A DNA stretch of 64,000 nucleotides. It comes from Candidatus Algichlamydia australiensis (GTDB taxonomy: Bacteria > Chlamydiota > Chlamydiia > Chlamydiales > JAJFMI01). A model generated the notes under the pieces. That model saw only the letters and a list, made by a program, of their open reading frames with translations. It did not search any database and was not told the origin of the DNA. The position numbers were made by a program, and so were the translations under genes. Shown piece by piece: positions 45,653 through 55,839 of the stretch; the stretch's first letter is position 1, and every line of letters starts with the position of its first letter. The stretch spans positions 92,724 through 156,723 of the forward strand of contig JAXCHI010000004.1 in NCBI GenBank assembly GCA_033977065.1, read 5' to 3'.

Positions 45653-48600
45653 ATGGCAGCAATAGGTTCTAATACAAGTTTTGAATGGCTAGTGGGATCA
45701 AAAGGATTTGACCTCCTTAGAGAAGCTAGAGGTGCACCTCCTGATGCACCTTTTGAAACAGTTTTAAATCGGCATGAAATTAAATGGTTGAGTAGAGAAA
45801 GTCATCCGTTTTTAAGTGATATTAGAAATGAATTTACTAGAATTAGGGAGATTGTTTTAAAGCAGCTGGACTGGGATAAACCTTGGGGTTTAGATGTCTC
45901 ATTTCAGGAGTTTGGAAAAGATGTAGAGATAATCGACGCCTCAGTCGTAGGTCTTTCTAAAGGTAAGAATCTATTTATTGGCCGAGCAATGGAAGAAAGT
46001 AGGGAGAGAGCATTGCATCTAATCGAGTTAGGTTTGGATCTTTCAGCGGCTACCCCCGAGCAACAAGCTGATAGAGCTTTTGTTTTGCATGCTGTAAAAG
46101 TAAATGGACGCAATTTGGGTTGTGTACAGTGGGCATGCGATGATGAAGAGATCGTATCTACTGCAATGCAAGATTATCCTAACTCTTTTAAAGATGCAAG
46201 CGAACGAATACGTAACAAGCGAGAATTTACAATAGAATGGTTACGTAAATGTGGCTATGTCAATACGTCAAAAGTTGTTATATGGTTTGATGATCTAGAT
46301 TTTATTATGGCATATGCGAGACATTCTGACATCTACTGGCGGAGGCCTCGTGACAAGGAAAGTGCTGAATGGAAACTTTGGAAATACATTAAAAATTGTG
46401 ACGATAAGGAGGTAATAAAAAAAATAGTTCAAGTCAATGGAAAATTTCTCTCCATTGTAAGAAAAAAATTTCGGGATGAAGAAGAAGTTGTGGTAAATGC
46501 TATTAAAAATGACAGGGACGCATTTAAATATGCGAGCAAACGATTGCAAAATAAGGACAGTGTTTTATCAGTGTATGGGCGTGGGAGAATTTATGCTTCT
46601 TATTCGGAGGCAAAGCGTATAAAAGCTGCTTCAGACAATGAACTTTTACGATCCTTGTTGGCTGAGGGTTTTCTTTTAACTGATATACCCGATCGGGCGA
46701 TTGCGGAAATTCAACCTGAACTTGTGATAGAAGCTTTGTCACTAAATAAAGAAAATATCCGTATCCTTGATGAGAGGGATGGCCAACAGGGAAATGCACA
46801 TCCAAAATGGATCTCCTGGATAGATAAAAATAAAAATCATAAAGAATTGATTATTGCTTTAGTAGGCTTAAGAGGAACTGCGATTGGATTGGCAGATATT
46901 CAGTTCCAAAAGAATGAAGAAATTGGCTTAATAGCAATAAAAAACGATGAGGCAGCTTTTAGATGTCTTGACGACAGTTTGCAACGGAACAGGTCTTTTG
47001 CAATAAAAGCTTTAACTGTTAATCACAAAGTATACGCGTTTCTTCCTAAGTTTTATCAGATCGATGCAGAACTGTTAGCTTTAGCAATAGAAGAAAAAGG
47101 TTATAAATGTTCCATAGAAATTGAGAGTTTTAAAAATAAAAAAGCCTGTGCGTTGTATCTCAATTCTGATTTATCTAATACCAAAAATGATTATGAACGT
47201 TTTCATGAAAGGTTTCAACGGATGAGTTTCGAGATGAGGAATGATCAAGAAGTTCGTTACGCAGCAGCTAAACATTGTAAGGAAGTTTTTCTTGACATGC
47301 TTGAGGATTTTCGAAGAAGAAGAGAAGAACTTTTTTCAAACCTGATTCAAGATAGCGAAAGAGAAAGGGTTGCAGGTGCAGGGCTCCAGGAAGAATTGGA
47401 TGAAGCTGTAAATAGTCTGGAAAAAAAGTTAACAGGCAAGAATGAGATTTTTTTTGAGGAACTTTCAAAGGTTTGGGAGTTAACAGATGGGCTTTCTGAT
47501 CTACCAGATTATGATCACTTTGCTCAGGAAAATGAAAGGATAATTGCAGATCTAGAGGAAATAAAGGCAAAAACTCTTGAAGAGTTGAATGATGTGCAAG
47601 GTCAACTCGAGGAGATGGAAGGGAATCTTATAGGGGGTGTTGTATCTAATGAGGCGCAAATTGAAACCCTTAAAGTTTCTCAGGAACAACTTAGAGCTCA
47701 AATTCAACCATTGGAATCTGAGTTAAAAAGTCGTATTGAATTAAGAAACCGCTGTGAAGAACTTTTTAAAAAAGATGACTCTAGAGGAATATATAAAATT
47801 TTTTATCGCCATTTTTTTCAAAAATTAACAGCACTAAGTATTGGTTTACAGGCAGCTAAAAGTGGACTGTTGCAGAGGGCAAACACTTCAACAGATGATG
47901 TTCTAGGGGTTTTGATCACTGTAATGACTTCTTTAATAACTACCGGAACTGGCATTGTGTTGGCTCCTGTTACTTGGGGTGCTTCGACAATAATTGCTCC
48001 TTTTATTGGTATTGGAGTCAACTTTGTTGCTCAGAAGGCTGTAGGTGCTGTGCGAGGAAAACAGAAGAAAGCGGAGTTTAAAAGAGGGGCAAGCCATTTT
48101 CATGGGGGATTGGAGGGAGTCGATTTAGATAATAAGAGACTCGCATTTGAAATTACTTTTTTACTACAGGAACATCTTCGTCTCTGCTCAATAAAAGGTG
48201 TAAAAAAGATTGCCGACGATTGGTTTTCTAAGTTTGCCCATTCTTTAGTTCAAAAAAGTAGCAAGGGTGAGGAGAGTGCAAAATTTTCCAGTATAATGTT
48301 GAAGCTGAAAAAAGGAAAAAAAGATATTGAGACGATATACGATTTAAATTGGAACTCTGAGAGTCTATTTCTTGAATCGGGTGTATCTTATCCTGATGCT
48401 GACGGGAAAAGAATTTATGAATCTTTTGGTTACAAAAAAGATGGCGTGTTTAAGGAAAAAAGCAGAGCTTCAAAATATGGATATCTCTCTTTTCCAAATC
48501 AAGAAGAGGCTAATTGCTATAAAGAGGAGAGGGTTGCTCAACTCAAGAAAAAGGATAGCAAGAAAGAAGGAATTTGGAAGAGAGACCTAAGAAGAAAAGG

Positions 48601-48847
48601 GATTGCTACTGAAGTTTTGGATCAATTAGGCTCTCGGGCTGGTGTTAGTAAACTCGCAATTCAAAATGCAAGTGGGCTCCAGGAGATAGGGGTGCAAGTC
48701 GAGTCGAATCAGCAAACAAATACGATTAGAATTGAAGGTCTTGCAAGAGAGGTTGAAAGATTAAATCAGCAAGTGAGTGAATTGTTTAAAATGAACAGAG
48801 CTCTTTTAGCAAGACTTGAAGCTGTAAGCGGTAAGAAGGATTCGTGA
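45653..48847 (+). CDS. large repeat protein: DUF4116-like repeats, coiled coil, bilobed hydrophobic domain (Inc-like/effector candidate)
   Basis: 1064 aa. Repeats fit the DUF4116 pattern (RDEEEVVVNAIKNDRDAFKYASKRLQNKDSVL; QKNEEIGLIAIKNDEAAFRCLDDSLQRNRSFAIKAL; DDEEIVSTAMQDYPNSFKDASERIRNKREF). A coiled coil spans approx residues 560-700. It is followed by VLGVLITVMTSLITTGTGIVLAPVTWGASTIIAPFIGIGVNFVA. Confidence 0.75.
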   Translation: MAAIGSNTSFEWLVGSKGFDLLREARGAPPDAPFETVLNRHEIKWLSRESHPFLSDIRNEFTRIREIVLKQLDWDKPWGLDVSFQEFGKDVEIIDASVVGLSKGKNLFIGRAMEESRERALHLIELGLDLSAATPEQQADRAFVLHAVKVNGRNLGCVQWACDDEEIVSTAMQDYPNSFKDASERIRNKREFTIEWLRKCGYVNTSKVVIWFDDLDFIMAYARHSDIYWRRPRDKESAEWKLWKYIKNCDDKEVIKKIVQVNGKFLSIVRKKFRDEEEVVVNAIKNDRDAFKYASKRLQNKDSVLSVYGRGRIYASYSEAKRIKAASDNELLRSLLAEGFLLTDIPDRAIAEIQPELVIEALSLNKENIRILDERDGQQGNAHPKWISWIDKNKNHKELIIALVGLRGTAIGLADIQFQKNEEIGLIAIKNDEAAFRCLDDSLQRNRSFAIKALTVNHKVYAFLPKFYQIDAELLALAIEEKGYKCSIEIESFKNKKACALYLNSDLSNTKNDYERFHERFQRMSFEMRNDQEVRYAAAKHCKEVFLDMLEDFRRRREELFSNLIQDSERERVAGAGLQEELDEAVNSLEKKLTGKNEIFFEELSKVWELTDGLSDLPDYDHFAQENERIIADLEEIKAKTLEELNDVQGQLEEMEGNLIGGVVSNEAQIETLKVSQEQLRAQIQPLESELKSRIELRNRCEELFKKDDSRGIYKIFYRHFFQKLTALSIGLQAAKSGLLQRANTSTDDVLGVLITVMTSLITTGTGIVLAPVTWGASTIIAPFIGIGVNFVAQKAVGAVRGKQKKAEFKRGASHFHGGLEGVDLDNKRLAFEITFLLQEHLRLCSIKGVKKIADDWFSKFAHSLVQKSSKGEESAKFSSIMLKLKKGKKDIETIYDLNWNSESLFLESGVSYPDADGKRIYESFGYKKDGVFKEKSRASKYGYLSFPNQEEANCYKEERVAQLKKKDSKKEGIWKRDLRRKGIATEVLDQLGSRAGVSKLAIQNASGLQEIGVQVESNQQTNTIRIEGLAREVERLNQQVSELFKMNRALLARLEAVSGKKDS

Positions 48848-48870
48848 TTTTTTTTTAGGCAAAGGCTGGT

Positions 48871-49380
48871 TTAGTTAAATTTTTCTTCTCTCAAACGTCT
48901 TGAAGAGAGAGGCCTTCCATCAACTAAAAACTTCTCTATGTAATGTGGAGTGAAGTGAAGTTGCTCGCTAAAAATTCTAATGTTTTCTTCATTTCCCTGA
49001 GCATCTTTTCCAAATGCTGCACCTTTTCCAAGTACGAGGTGGTTGAAAGGGCAGTGGTGGTAGATTTTTTGTAAAAACTCTTTATAGGTGAGGGTGGCAA
49101 TTTCTTTGTTGAAGGGAAGAAGAAGCACTAGATCGACGCCAGCTTGTTCAAGAAGGGTGAGTTTTTCTTCGAGAGTTGTGAGTTGGGGAATATTAAGTTC
49201 AGGACGAAAGTAATTGATAGGGAGAGTTTCAAACGTGGTGACAAGGCGGGTAGGAGCAAGAGTTGCCATTTGTGAGAATAGATATTTGTGGCCAGCATGC
49301 ACACCATCAAAAGAGCCGATGGTGAGGGCTACTGGATCGCTACTTCTTTGTAATGTAGAGAAATCTCTGGCGATTTGCAT
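48871..49380 (-). CDS. ribF: FMN adenylyltransferase (FAD synthetase) domain protein; RibF lacking the riboflavin kinase domain
   Basis: The motifs ALTIGSFDGVHAGHKYL and a C-terminal ...GRPLSSRRLRE (the ISSTxIR-like motif) are present, and the ORF stops directly afterwards. The start is uncertain (Met21 at 49380 chosen, overlapping truB by about 50 nt). Confidence 0.7.
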   Translation of the reverse strand: MQIARDFSTLQRSSDPVALTIGSFDGVHAGHKYLFSQMATLAPTRLVTTFETLPINYFRPELNIPQLTTLEEKLTLLEQAGVDLVLLLPFNKEIATLTYKEFLQKIYHHCPFNHLVLGKGAAFGKDAQGNEENIRIFSEQLHFTPHYIEKFLVDGRPLSSRRLREEKFN

Positions 49381-50048
49381 GTGTGTAGGTGGCTTTGGTA
49401 TTGAAAACCGGGTTTTTGTATCTCTTCGATGCTCAGGCAATTTTCTAACAAAAAGCTGCCACTCTTAACACGCTCTAATTGGACAAGGTGGGCATAGGAG
49501 CCAAGTTTTTTACCAATATCTACGGCTAATTGACGGATGTAGGTACCCTTACTGCAAGCAAAATGTAGCTTAAGGTGAGGGTAGTCGTAAGAAAGAAAAG
49601 TGGTCGTAACTTGGATTTTTTTTGGCTCGCGCTCAATTGTGACACCTTTACGAGCGAGCTCGTAAAGTTTTTTTCCTCCTACTTTTTTTGCGGAATACAT
49701 CGGTGGAGTTTGAAGAAGCTCACCTTGGAATTCAGGAAGGAGTGCTAAAATTTCTTCATTTGTAGGAATTTTTTCAGAGGTGTTTGTAGTGGCGCCTTCT
49801 AAATCACCTGTATCTGTTTCTATACCAAGCTTTAGTGTGGCGGTGTACTCTTTGTCACTATTAAGGAATGTCGGCTGGAGTCGTGTATAGTTTTTGCCAA
49901 TAAGCATGACCATTACGCCAGTTGCAAAGGGATCAAGGGTGCCTGCATGGCCGATTTTTTTGATTTTTGTGAGACGACGTAGCAGCGAGACCAGATAGAA
50001 AGAGGTTTTTCCGGCAGGTTTGTTAAGAAGAAGAATACCCTCTTTCAC
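49329..50048 (-). CDS. truB: tRNA pseudouridine(55) synthase TruB
   Basis: The motifs GILLLNKPAGKTSF and KIGHAGTLDPFATGVMVMLIG are present. Confidence 0.9.
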   Translation of the reverse strand: MKEGILLLNKPAGKTSFYLVSLLRRLTKIKKIGHAGTLDPFATGVMVMLIGKNYTRLQPTFLNSDKEYTATLKLGIETDTGDLEGATTNTSEKIPTNEEILALLPEFQGELLQTPPMYSAKKVGGKKLYELARKGVTIEREPKKIQVTTTFLSYDYPHLKLHFACSKGTYIRQLAVDIGKKLGSYAHLVQLERVKSGSFLLENCLSIEEIQKPGFQYQSHLHTCKSPEISLHYKEVAIQ

Positions 50049-50404
50049 TGACGAGCCTCTCGCTCTTTTTCTAGATCACCTAGGATGTTGTCGATATGGA
50101 GCAGATCGTCTGTGCTGGTATCAAGATGAAAGGTAAGTTCGGGGAAAAAACGCATAACAACTTTTTTTGATGTTGAGATCGCGATGAAGCTGGCTGCTGA
50201 ATTGAGTCCGTTAATTGTTTCACTCCGCTCTTTTTCGTCTCCTAAGATGCTCACATAGATTTTAGCATGACGCAGATCTTTAGTAATTGAAACGCTCATG
50301 ACAGTAGTGAATTTAGCGATTTTAGGATTGCGAACTTCGTTGCGAATCACTTCGCTAATGACCTCTTTCAAAAGTGAGTTGAGTCTCTCTGTTCTGCGTG
50401 TCAT
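50045..50404 (-). CDS. rbfA: ribosome-binding factor A
   Basis: 119 aa with an RbfA-type N-terminus (RTERLNSLLKEVISEVIRNEVRNPKI) and VSITKDLRHAKIYVS. Confidence 0.9.
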   Translation of the reverse strand: MTRRTERLNSLLKEVISEVIRNEVRNPKIAKFTTVMSVSITKDLRHAKIYVSILGDEKERSETINGLNSAASFIAISTSKKVVMRFFPELTFHLDTSTDDLLHIDNILGDLEKEREARQ

Positions 50405-50410
50405 AGTGAG

Positions 50411-52843
50411 TTATAGTTCTTGCTCTTTAAATGTAACTTCAAAGGCTTTGATTGTATCGCCCACTTGATAGTCGCGGAATTTCTGAAGAAGAATCCCACA
50501 CTCAAACCCTTTAGAGACTTCCTTAACATCCTCTTTTTCTCTCTTTAAGGAGGCTATATCTCCTGTAAAGAGCTCTTCACCATCACGGTAGAGGCGCACT
50601 AGGTGGGAGCGTTTGATGATACCATCTGTAACTTTGCAACCTGCAATAAGGCCGAGAGAAGATGACTTGAAGGTGGCAAGGATTTCAGCTTCACCCACTT
50701 CGTTCTCTTCGCGAATTTTATCAAGAAGATTTTTCATCATCAATTTGACTTCATCAACAAGGTGGTAGATGACATCATGAGATTTGACATCAACTTGTAA
50801 TTTTTTAATTGACCCTTCTGCGTGGCTCTCAACTTTTGTGTGAAAGCCGATAATAGCAGCACCTGAGGCGTGCGCAAGTTCAATATCAGACTCTGAAATT
50901 TCCCCAACAGATTCGTTAATAAAGTTCAGCTCAACTTTTTCTTGAGGAAGACGTTTAAGAGAGTTTTTTAGTGCTTCAAGTGAACCTTGTACGTCTGCAC
51001 GCAAGATGAGGGCAAGAGGCTTTTTCTGTTGGCGTTGCTGTTCTTGGGCAAGGAGGTCATCTAAAGCTCTTGTTTTTGGACGGCGGTTGAATTCTCGCTC
51101 TTTACCTGCCATACGCTCTTCACAAAGCTTTTTCGCCTCTTTTTCACTTTCCACAACAATGAATTCTGTTCCTGCTTCTGGAATTCCGGAGAGTCCGGTG
51201 ACCTTAACAGGAGTTGCAGGGGGAGCGTTTTTTGTATTTTTGCCATGCTCATTGTGCATTGTTTTCGTGCGACCCCAAACCTCTCCAATCACAAGAGCGT
51301 CGCCGTGGCGTAGTGTCCCATTTTGAACAAGCAGAGTAGCAGCACATCCAAGACCTTTGTGCAATTCTGATTCCAAGATAATTCCACGAGCACGTGCATC
51401 TGGATTCGCTTTAAGCTCTAAAAGTTCCCCTTGAAGTTGAGACATTTCAAGAAGTGTTTCAATACCTTCGCCAGTTTTAGCGGAGCAATTGACAGTGATT
51501 GTTGAACCCCCCCACGCTTCAGGGAGCATCTCTTGCTCAGAGAGCTGTCTGTAGATCTCATCTGCATTGAAGTTAGGCTTATCACACTTGTTGATTGCGA
51601 TGATAATTGGAACACCTGCTTCTTTGGCTTGGTGTAGAGCTTCAAGTGTTTGTGCTTTGATGCCCTCGTCTCCTGCAACAACAAGAATCACGATATCTGT
51701 TGCTGAGGCGCCGCGCTCTCTCATTGCGCTAAACGCTTCGTGTCCAGGTGTATCTAAAATTGTGAGGGGGCCGTGATCGAGTTGGCATTTGAATGCACCG
51801 ATGTGCTGGGTGATAGCACCCGCCTCTTTAGCTGCAACTTTACTTTTGCGAATAAAGTCAATTAAACTTGTTTTTCCATGGTCAACGTGACCCATAAATG
51901 CAACAACTGGTGCTCTTGTTTCAAGGTTTGCGCTATCGGTCTCTTGGATCTCTTCTGCAACAGTTTTTCCTGTGATTTGAAGGCGCTCTTCTTCAGAAGT
52001 GTCTATAGTAATTTCGCACTCAAAATCTTGGCCTAGAAGTTGCACAGTTGTTTCATCATCAAGATAGTCGTTGAGTGTAAGGGCAACCCCTTGCATAAAG
52101 AGCTTTGAAATCAAAGCAGAAGCCTTGAGTTTCATCTCAACTGCTAGGTCTTTTATTGTGATAGGAAGTTTTATCTTTAACTCTTTGGGGCGAATGATCT
52201 CTTCAGGGCTACGCTCTTGCTTTCCTTTGAAACCGCGCTTTTTACGCCACCTTTCATCGTCACTTTGCGAGATGCCATGGCGGAGTCGATGATCGCCTCG
52301 GCGCTGATTCATGCTGCTCCAAGGTTTTTTTGGGGCAGCTTTCTGTTTTCTCGGCGTACCTGGGGGCGGGCTACCTCCTGCAGCAGTTCTGAAAGGACTT
52401 TGGTTAGGTGAAGAGGAAGGCTGCTGAGAAGAGGGTTTTTTTGGCTTGCCATTTTTTGCGAAACGGGCTTTTGTAGCGGCATCTAGCTCAATTTTGCGTT
52501 TAGGAGGTTGTCCGGGTTTTTCGGTTGTCTTGATCGCTGCCTTCTGTGTGAAACTCTTTTTTTCAACAGGGGGTAATTTTTCAGGCTGGATAGGAGGGGT
52601 TTTGGGGGCTTCTGCTTTTTCTACAGGCTCACTTTTAGGCGCAGCTGTCGCTTTTACAGGGGGCTTTGCGGCAACGGGTTTTTTCTCTTCTTTTTTCTCT
52701 TTCTCTTTTATAGGAGCAAGCGTCTTTGCTTTGACTTTAGCCTTTTTCTTTTTTTCTTCTTTAGGCTCATCCGCTTTTTTCCCAATATTAAGAGCTTGGG
52801 CAAGTTGAGAGTTTTTGATGTTTAGTTTCAAATTTTTTGCCAT
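50411..52843 (-). CDS. infB: translation initiation factor IF-2
   Basis: 810 aa with a Lys/Pro/Ala-rich N-terminal region and a GTPase domain (RAPVVAFMGHVDHGKTSLID, DTPGHEAF, NKCD). Confidence 0.95.
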   Translation of the reverse strand: MAKNLKLNIKNSQLAQALNIGKKADEPKEEKKKKAKVKAKTLAPIKEKEKKEEKKPVAAKPPVKATAAPKSEPVEKAEAPKTPPIQPEKLPPVEKKSFTQKAAIKTTEKPGQPPKRKIELDAATKARFAKNGKPKKPSSQQPSSSPNQSPFRTAAGGSPPPGTPRKQKAAPKKPWSSMNQRRGDHRLRHGISQSDDERWRKKRGFKGKQERSPEEIIRPKELKIKLPITIKDLAVEMKLKASALISKLFMQGVALTLNDYLDDETTVQLLGQDFECEITIDTSEEERLQITGKTVAEEIQETDSANLETRAPVVAFMGHVDHGKTSLIDFIRKSKVAAKEAGAITQHIGAFKCQLDHGPLTILDTPGHEAFSAMRERGASATDIVILVVAGDEGIKAQTLEALHQAKEAGVPIIIAINKCDKPNFNADEIYRQLSEQEMLPEAWGGSTITVNCSAKTGEGIETLLEMSQLQGELLELKANPDARARGIILESELHKGLGCAATLLVQNGTLRHGDALVIGEVWGRTKTMHNEHGKNTKNAPPATPVKVTGLSGIPEAGTEFIVVESEKEAKKLCEERMAGKEREFNRRPKTRALDDLLAQEQQRQQKKPLALILRADVQGSLEALKNSLKRLPQEKVELNFINESVGEISESDIELAHASGAAIIGFHTKVESHAEGSIKKLQVDVKSHDVIYHLVDEVKLMMKNLLDKIREENEVGEAEILATFKSSSLGLIAGCKVTDGIIKRSHLVRLYRDGEELFTGDIASLKREKEDVKEVSKGFECGILLQKFRDYQVGDTIKAFEVTFKEQEL

Positions 52844-52847
52844 GTAG

Positions 52848-54107
52848 TTATGGTTTTGTCACCTTCTCCAGTATATCTTCTGCCATCTCTTTGCTAATAT
52901 CAGCTGATTCGATCAGCTGTTCTGGTGTAGCGCCCAAAATCTTTCTAGGCGTATCAAAACCAGCAGCAGAGAGAGAATCAATAATAAATTGATTCATGCC
53001 AGCAATTTGAACAGGTTCATCTAGCCATGCATCTTCCGATAAGGAGAGCTGCTTGCGCTGAACGACCTGCGCTTTTTTGTGATCGGTCATTTTTTCAATT
53101 TCTAGGCGTACACCAATCAGTTCGCCAGATAATCTTGCATTAATCCCTCTTTTTCCGAGAGCTGCAGGATAGTCTTCATCATCGACTACAATCCAGATCG
53201 TCTCCTCTTCCTCACTGATTTTTTTGATTTCAATGGGGGATAAGGAGCGCTCTAGCATTTCGACGCGATCTTCCATGTAAGGAAGAATATCAATTTTTTC
53301 ATTGCCAAGTTCACGAATCACATTTTTGACACGTGTGCCGCGTACACCAACGCAGGCGCCGACAGGGTCAACTTTTGGGTCGTTTGAACGAACGGCGAGT
53401 TTGCAGCGATGCCCGCCTTCGCGGACAACTTTGACAACTTCGATTAGTCCCTCTTGGATCTCGGGGACTTCTTGCTTGAAAAGTTCAACAACAAGATCGG
53501 GAGCTGTGCGTGAGAGAACTGCTTCAGCACCTCCACCCTCTGTATCGCGAACTTCATAGAGAAGGGCCAAAATGCGATCTCCGACGTTGTAGTGTTCTGT
53601 ACGAGGGATGAAACGCTCAGGTAGTATAGCTTCGACTTTTCCGAGATCTACGATGACTGTTCTTCCTTTAACGACACGTTTTACCGTACCATTAATGATC
53701 TCTCCTACGCGGTCGCGGTACTCTGAGTAGATGACATCGCGCTCTGCACCGCGCAACTTCTGCGCAATGACTTGCTTGGCAGTTTGGGCAGCAATGCGCC
53801 CAAACTGTGCAGGAGTTACAACGACTTCAATAAATTGACCAGAGTTGCAGTCAGGGTCGAGCTCACGTGCCGCTTCTAAAGAGATCTCTTCGCCAGGGTA
53901 TTTGACTTTTTCTACAATCTCTTTTTCACACGTCACATCGATTTCACCCGTGTTGGGATCTACTCTTACGTTGGCATTAGTAATTCCTTCTACACTTTTG
54001 CGTGCAGCAAGCTCTAACGCCTCTTCGATGCTCCCAATGATGATTTCGCGCTTGATTCCCTTCTCTCTTTCGAGATACTCGAAGAGCGCAACTAGATCTT
54101 TATTCAT
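52848..54107 (-). CDS. nusA: transcription termination/antitermination factor NusA
   Basis: 419 aa with NusA N-terminal, S1 and tandem KH regions ([39 protein letters not shown]). Confidence 0.95.
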   Translation of the reverse strand: MNKDLVALFEYLEREKGIKREIIIGSIEEALELAARKSVEGITNANVRVDPNTGEIDVTCEKEIVEKVKYPGEEISLEAARELDPDCNSGQFIEVVVTPAQFGRIAAQTAKQVIAQKLRGAERDVIYSEYRDRVGEIINGTVKRVVKGRTVIVDLGKVEAILPERFIPRTEHYNVGDRILALLYEVRDTEGGGAEAVLSRTAPDLVVELFKQEVPEIQEGLIEVVKVVREGGHRCKLAVRSNDPKVDPVGACVGVRGTRVKNVIRELGNEKIDILPYMEDRVEMLERSLSPIEIKKISEEEETIWIVVDDEDYPAALGKRGINARLSGELIGVRLEIEKMTDHKKAQVVQRKQLSLSEDAWLDEPVQIAGMNQFIIDSLSAAGFDTPRKILGATPEQLIESADISKEMAEDILEKVTKP

Positions 54108-55839
54108 CTTCTGTGTTCTCTTCCTCTTCTTCTTTTTTCTTTTTGCGCTTTTTTACTACAATCTCGTCTTTATCCGCTCTACCTTGTTCAGCAAGATAAT
54201 CTTTGATCGAAAGAGCAATTTTTTTCTGTTCTGGGTCGATTTTTACCACTTTGGCTTCAACTTCATCACCAACTGATATGATGTCTTCAATTTTTCCAAA
54301 AGCTTCATCAGAGAGTTCTGTTACGTGAACTAAGCCCTCCAAATCATTGTCAAGGATGACAAAGGCACCAAAAGCAGTAATTTTGACGACTTTTCCTTTG
54401 ACTTTGCTGCCAATTGGTAAAGTGTTTTCAATAGACTCCCAAGGGTTTTCTGTTAGCTGTTTTACTCCTAAAGTGATCTTTTTGCTTTCAGGATCAACAG
54501 AGAGAACGACAGCTTTTACGCGATCACCTTTTTTTAGAACTTCTGATGGGTGAGAGACTTTCTTGGTCCAGCTCAAATCAGAGATGTGAATCAACCCATC
54601 AACACCAGGTGCCAACTCAGCAAATGCGCCGTAGTTTGTTAGGTTTTGGATCTCAACATCGAGCTCTTTACCGACAGGGAACTGCTCTTCTACATCTTCC
54701 CATGGATTTTTTTCATTTTGTTTGATGCCAAGAGAGACTTTTCCTTCGTCTTTCTGGATAGAAAGAACAATCGCCTCTACTTCATCGCCCACTTTCACGA
54801 TTTCGCTTGGGTCAGTAACGGTTTTGAGCCAGCTCATTTCAGATACATGGATCAAGCCCTCAACACCCTCTTCAATCTCGATGAAAGCACCGTAAGGAAC
54901 AAGGCTTGTAATCTTTCCTTTGACTTTTGTGCCAGGAGGGAATTTGCGCTCAACAGCTTCCCACGGATTTTCTTCTTTCTGCTTTAGGCCTAGCGCAACA
55001 CGTCCCTTCTCTTTATCAATTGAGAGAATCGCCACCTCAATCTCATCACCAAGGGCAACCATTTCAGAAGGATGCTTGATACGCTTCCAAGTCATATCAG
55101 TAATGTGAAGCAGGCCATCGATACCATCGAGGTCTAAGAAGACACCAAAGTCGGTAATATTTTTGACAACACCGATGCGGAGTTCACCCTCTTCGATATT
55201 CTCAAGGAGTTCGCTCTTCTTTACCATGCGCTCTTGCTCAAGCAGTTCGCGGCGTGAGACAACAATATTTTTGCGCTCGATGTTAATTTTAAGAATTTTA
55301 AAGTCGAAGCTTTTGCCAACATACTCATCGATATTTTTGATGCGTTTGTTGTCAATCTGTGAGCCAGGCAGGAAGGCTTCCATGCCGATGTCGACCATCA
55401 AGCCGCCCTTGACTTTGCGCAGGACTTTTCCTTGAACGATCGAGCCCTCTTTGCAGTGATTCACGATATATTCCCATTGGCGCATGCGACGCGCTTTTTC
55501 TCGGGAAAGAACGATCTGGCCTTCGCGATTTTCTGCTTGGTCGAGCAGGACTTCGATTTCAGAACCCAGCTGGATTTCATCAAGTTCTGTGAACTCTTCA
55601 GTTGGAATTAAGCCTTCAGATTTAAGGCCGACGTCGACGATAACAAAATCTTTAGTGAGTTCTACGACAATGCCTTTTAGAACTTGGCCGCTTGTCATGC
55701 TCGCAATTGAGCCCTCTTCGGTCTTGCTCTCTTTAGCATCAAGTAAGTTTTTGAACTCTTCCGCGTCTTCAGTGCGGTACTCTACATCGTCAATGATGTT
55801 GTCGACTTCGTTCCAGTCGTGGGTTGATTGGTTTGTCAT
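54100..55839 (-). CDS. rpsA: 30S ribosomal protein S1
   Basis: Six S1 repeats are present (e.g. [42 protein letters not shown]). I set the start at 55839 (MTNQSTHDW), preceded by AAGGAG. An acidic/basic tail ends the protein. 8-nt overlap with the nusA start. Confidence 0.93.
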   Translation of the reverse strand: MTNQSTHDWNEVDNIIDDVEYRTEDAEEFKNLLDAKESKTEEGSIASMTSGQVLKGIVVELTKDFVIVDVGLKSEGLIPTEEFTELDEIQLGSEIEVLLDQAENREGQIVLSREKARRMRQWEYIVNHCKEGSIVQGKVLRKVKGGLMVDIGMEAFLPGSQIDNKRIKNIDEYVGKSFDFKILKINIERKNIVVSRRELLEQERMVKKSELLENIEEGELRIGVVKNITDFGVFLDLDGIDGLLHITDMTWKRIKHPSEMVALGDEIEVAILSIDKEKGRVALGLKQKEENPWEAVERKFPPGTKVKGKITSLVPYGAFIEIEEGVEGLIHVSEMSWLKTVTDPSEIVKVGDEVEAIVLSIQKDEGKVSLGIKQNEKNPWEDVEEQFPVGKELDVEIQNLTNYGAFAELAPGVDGLIHISDLSWTKKVSHPSEVLKKGDRVKAVVLSVDPESKKITLGVKQLTENPWESIENTLPIGSKVKGKVVKITAFGAFVILDNDLEGLVHVTELSDEAFGKIEDIISVGDEVEAKVVKIDPEQKKIALSIKDYLAEQGRADKDEIVVKKRKKKKEEEEENTEDE

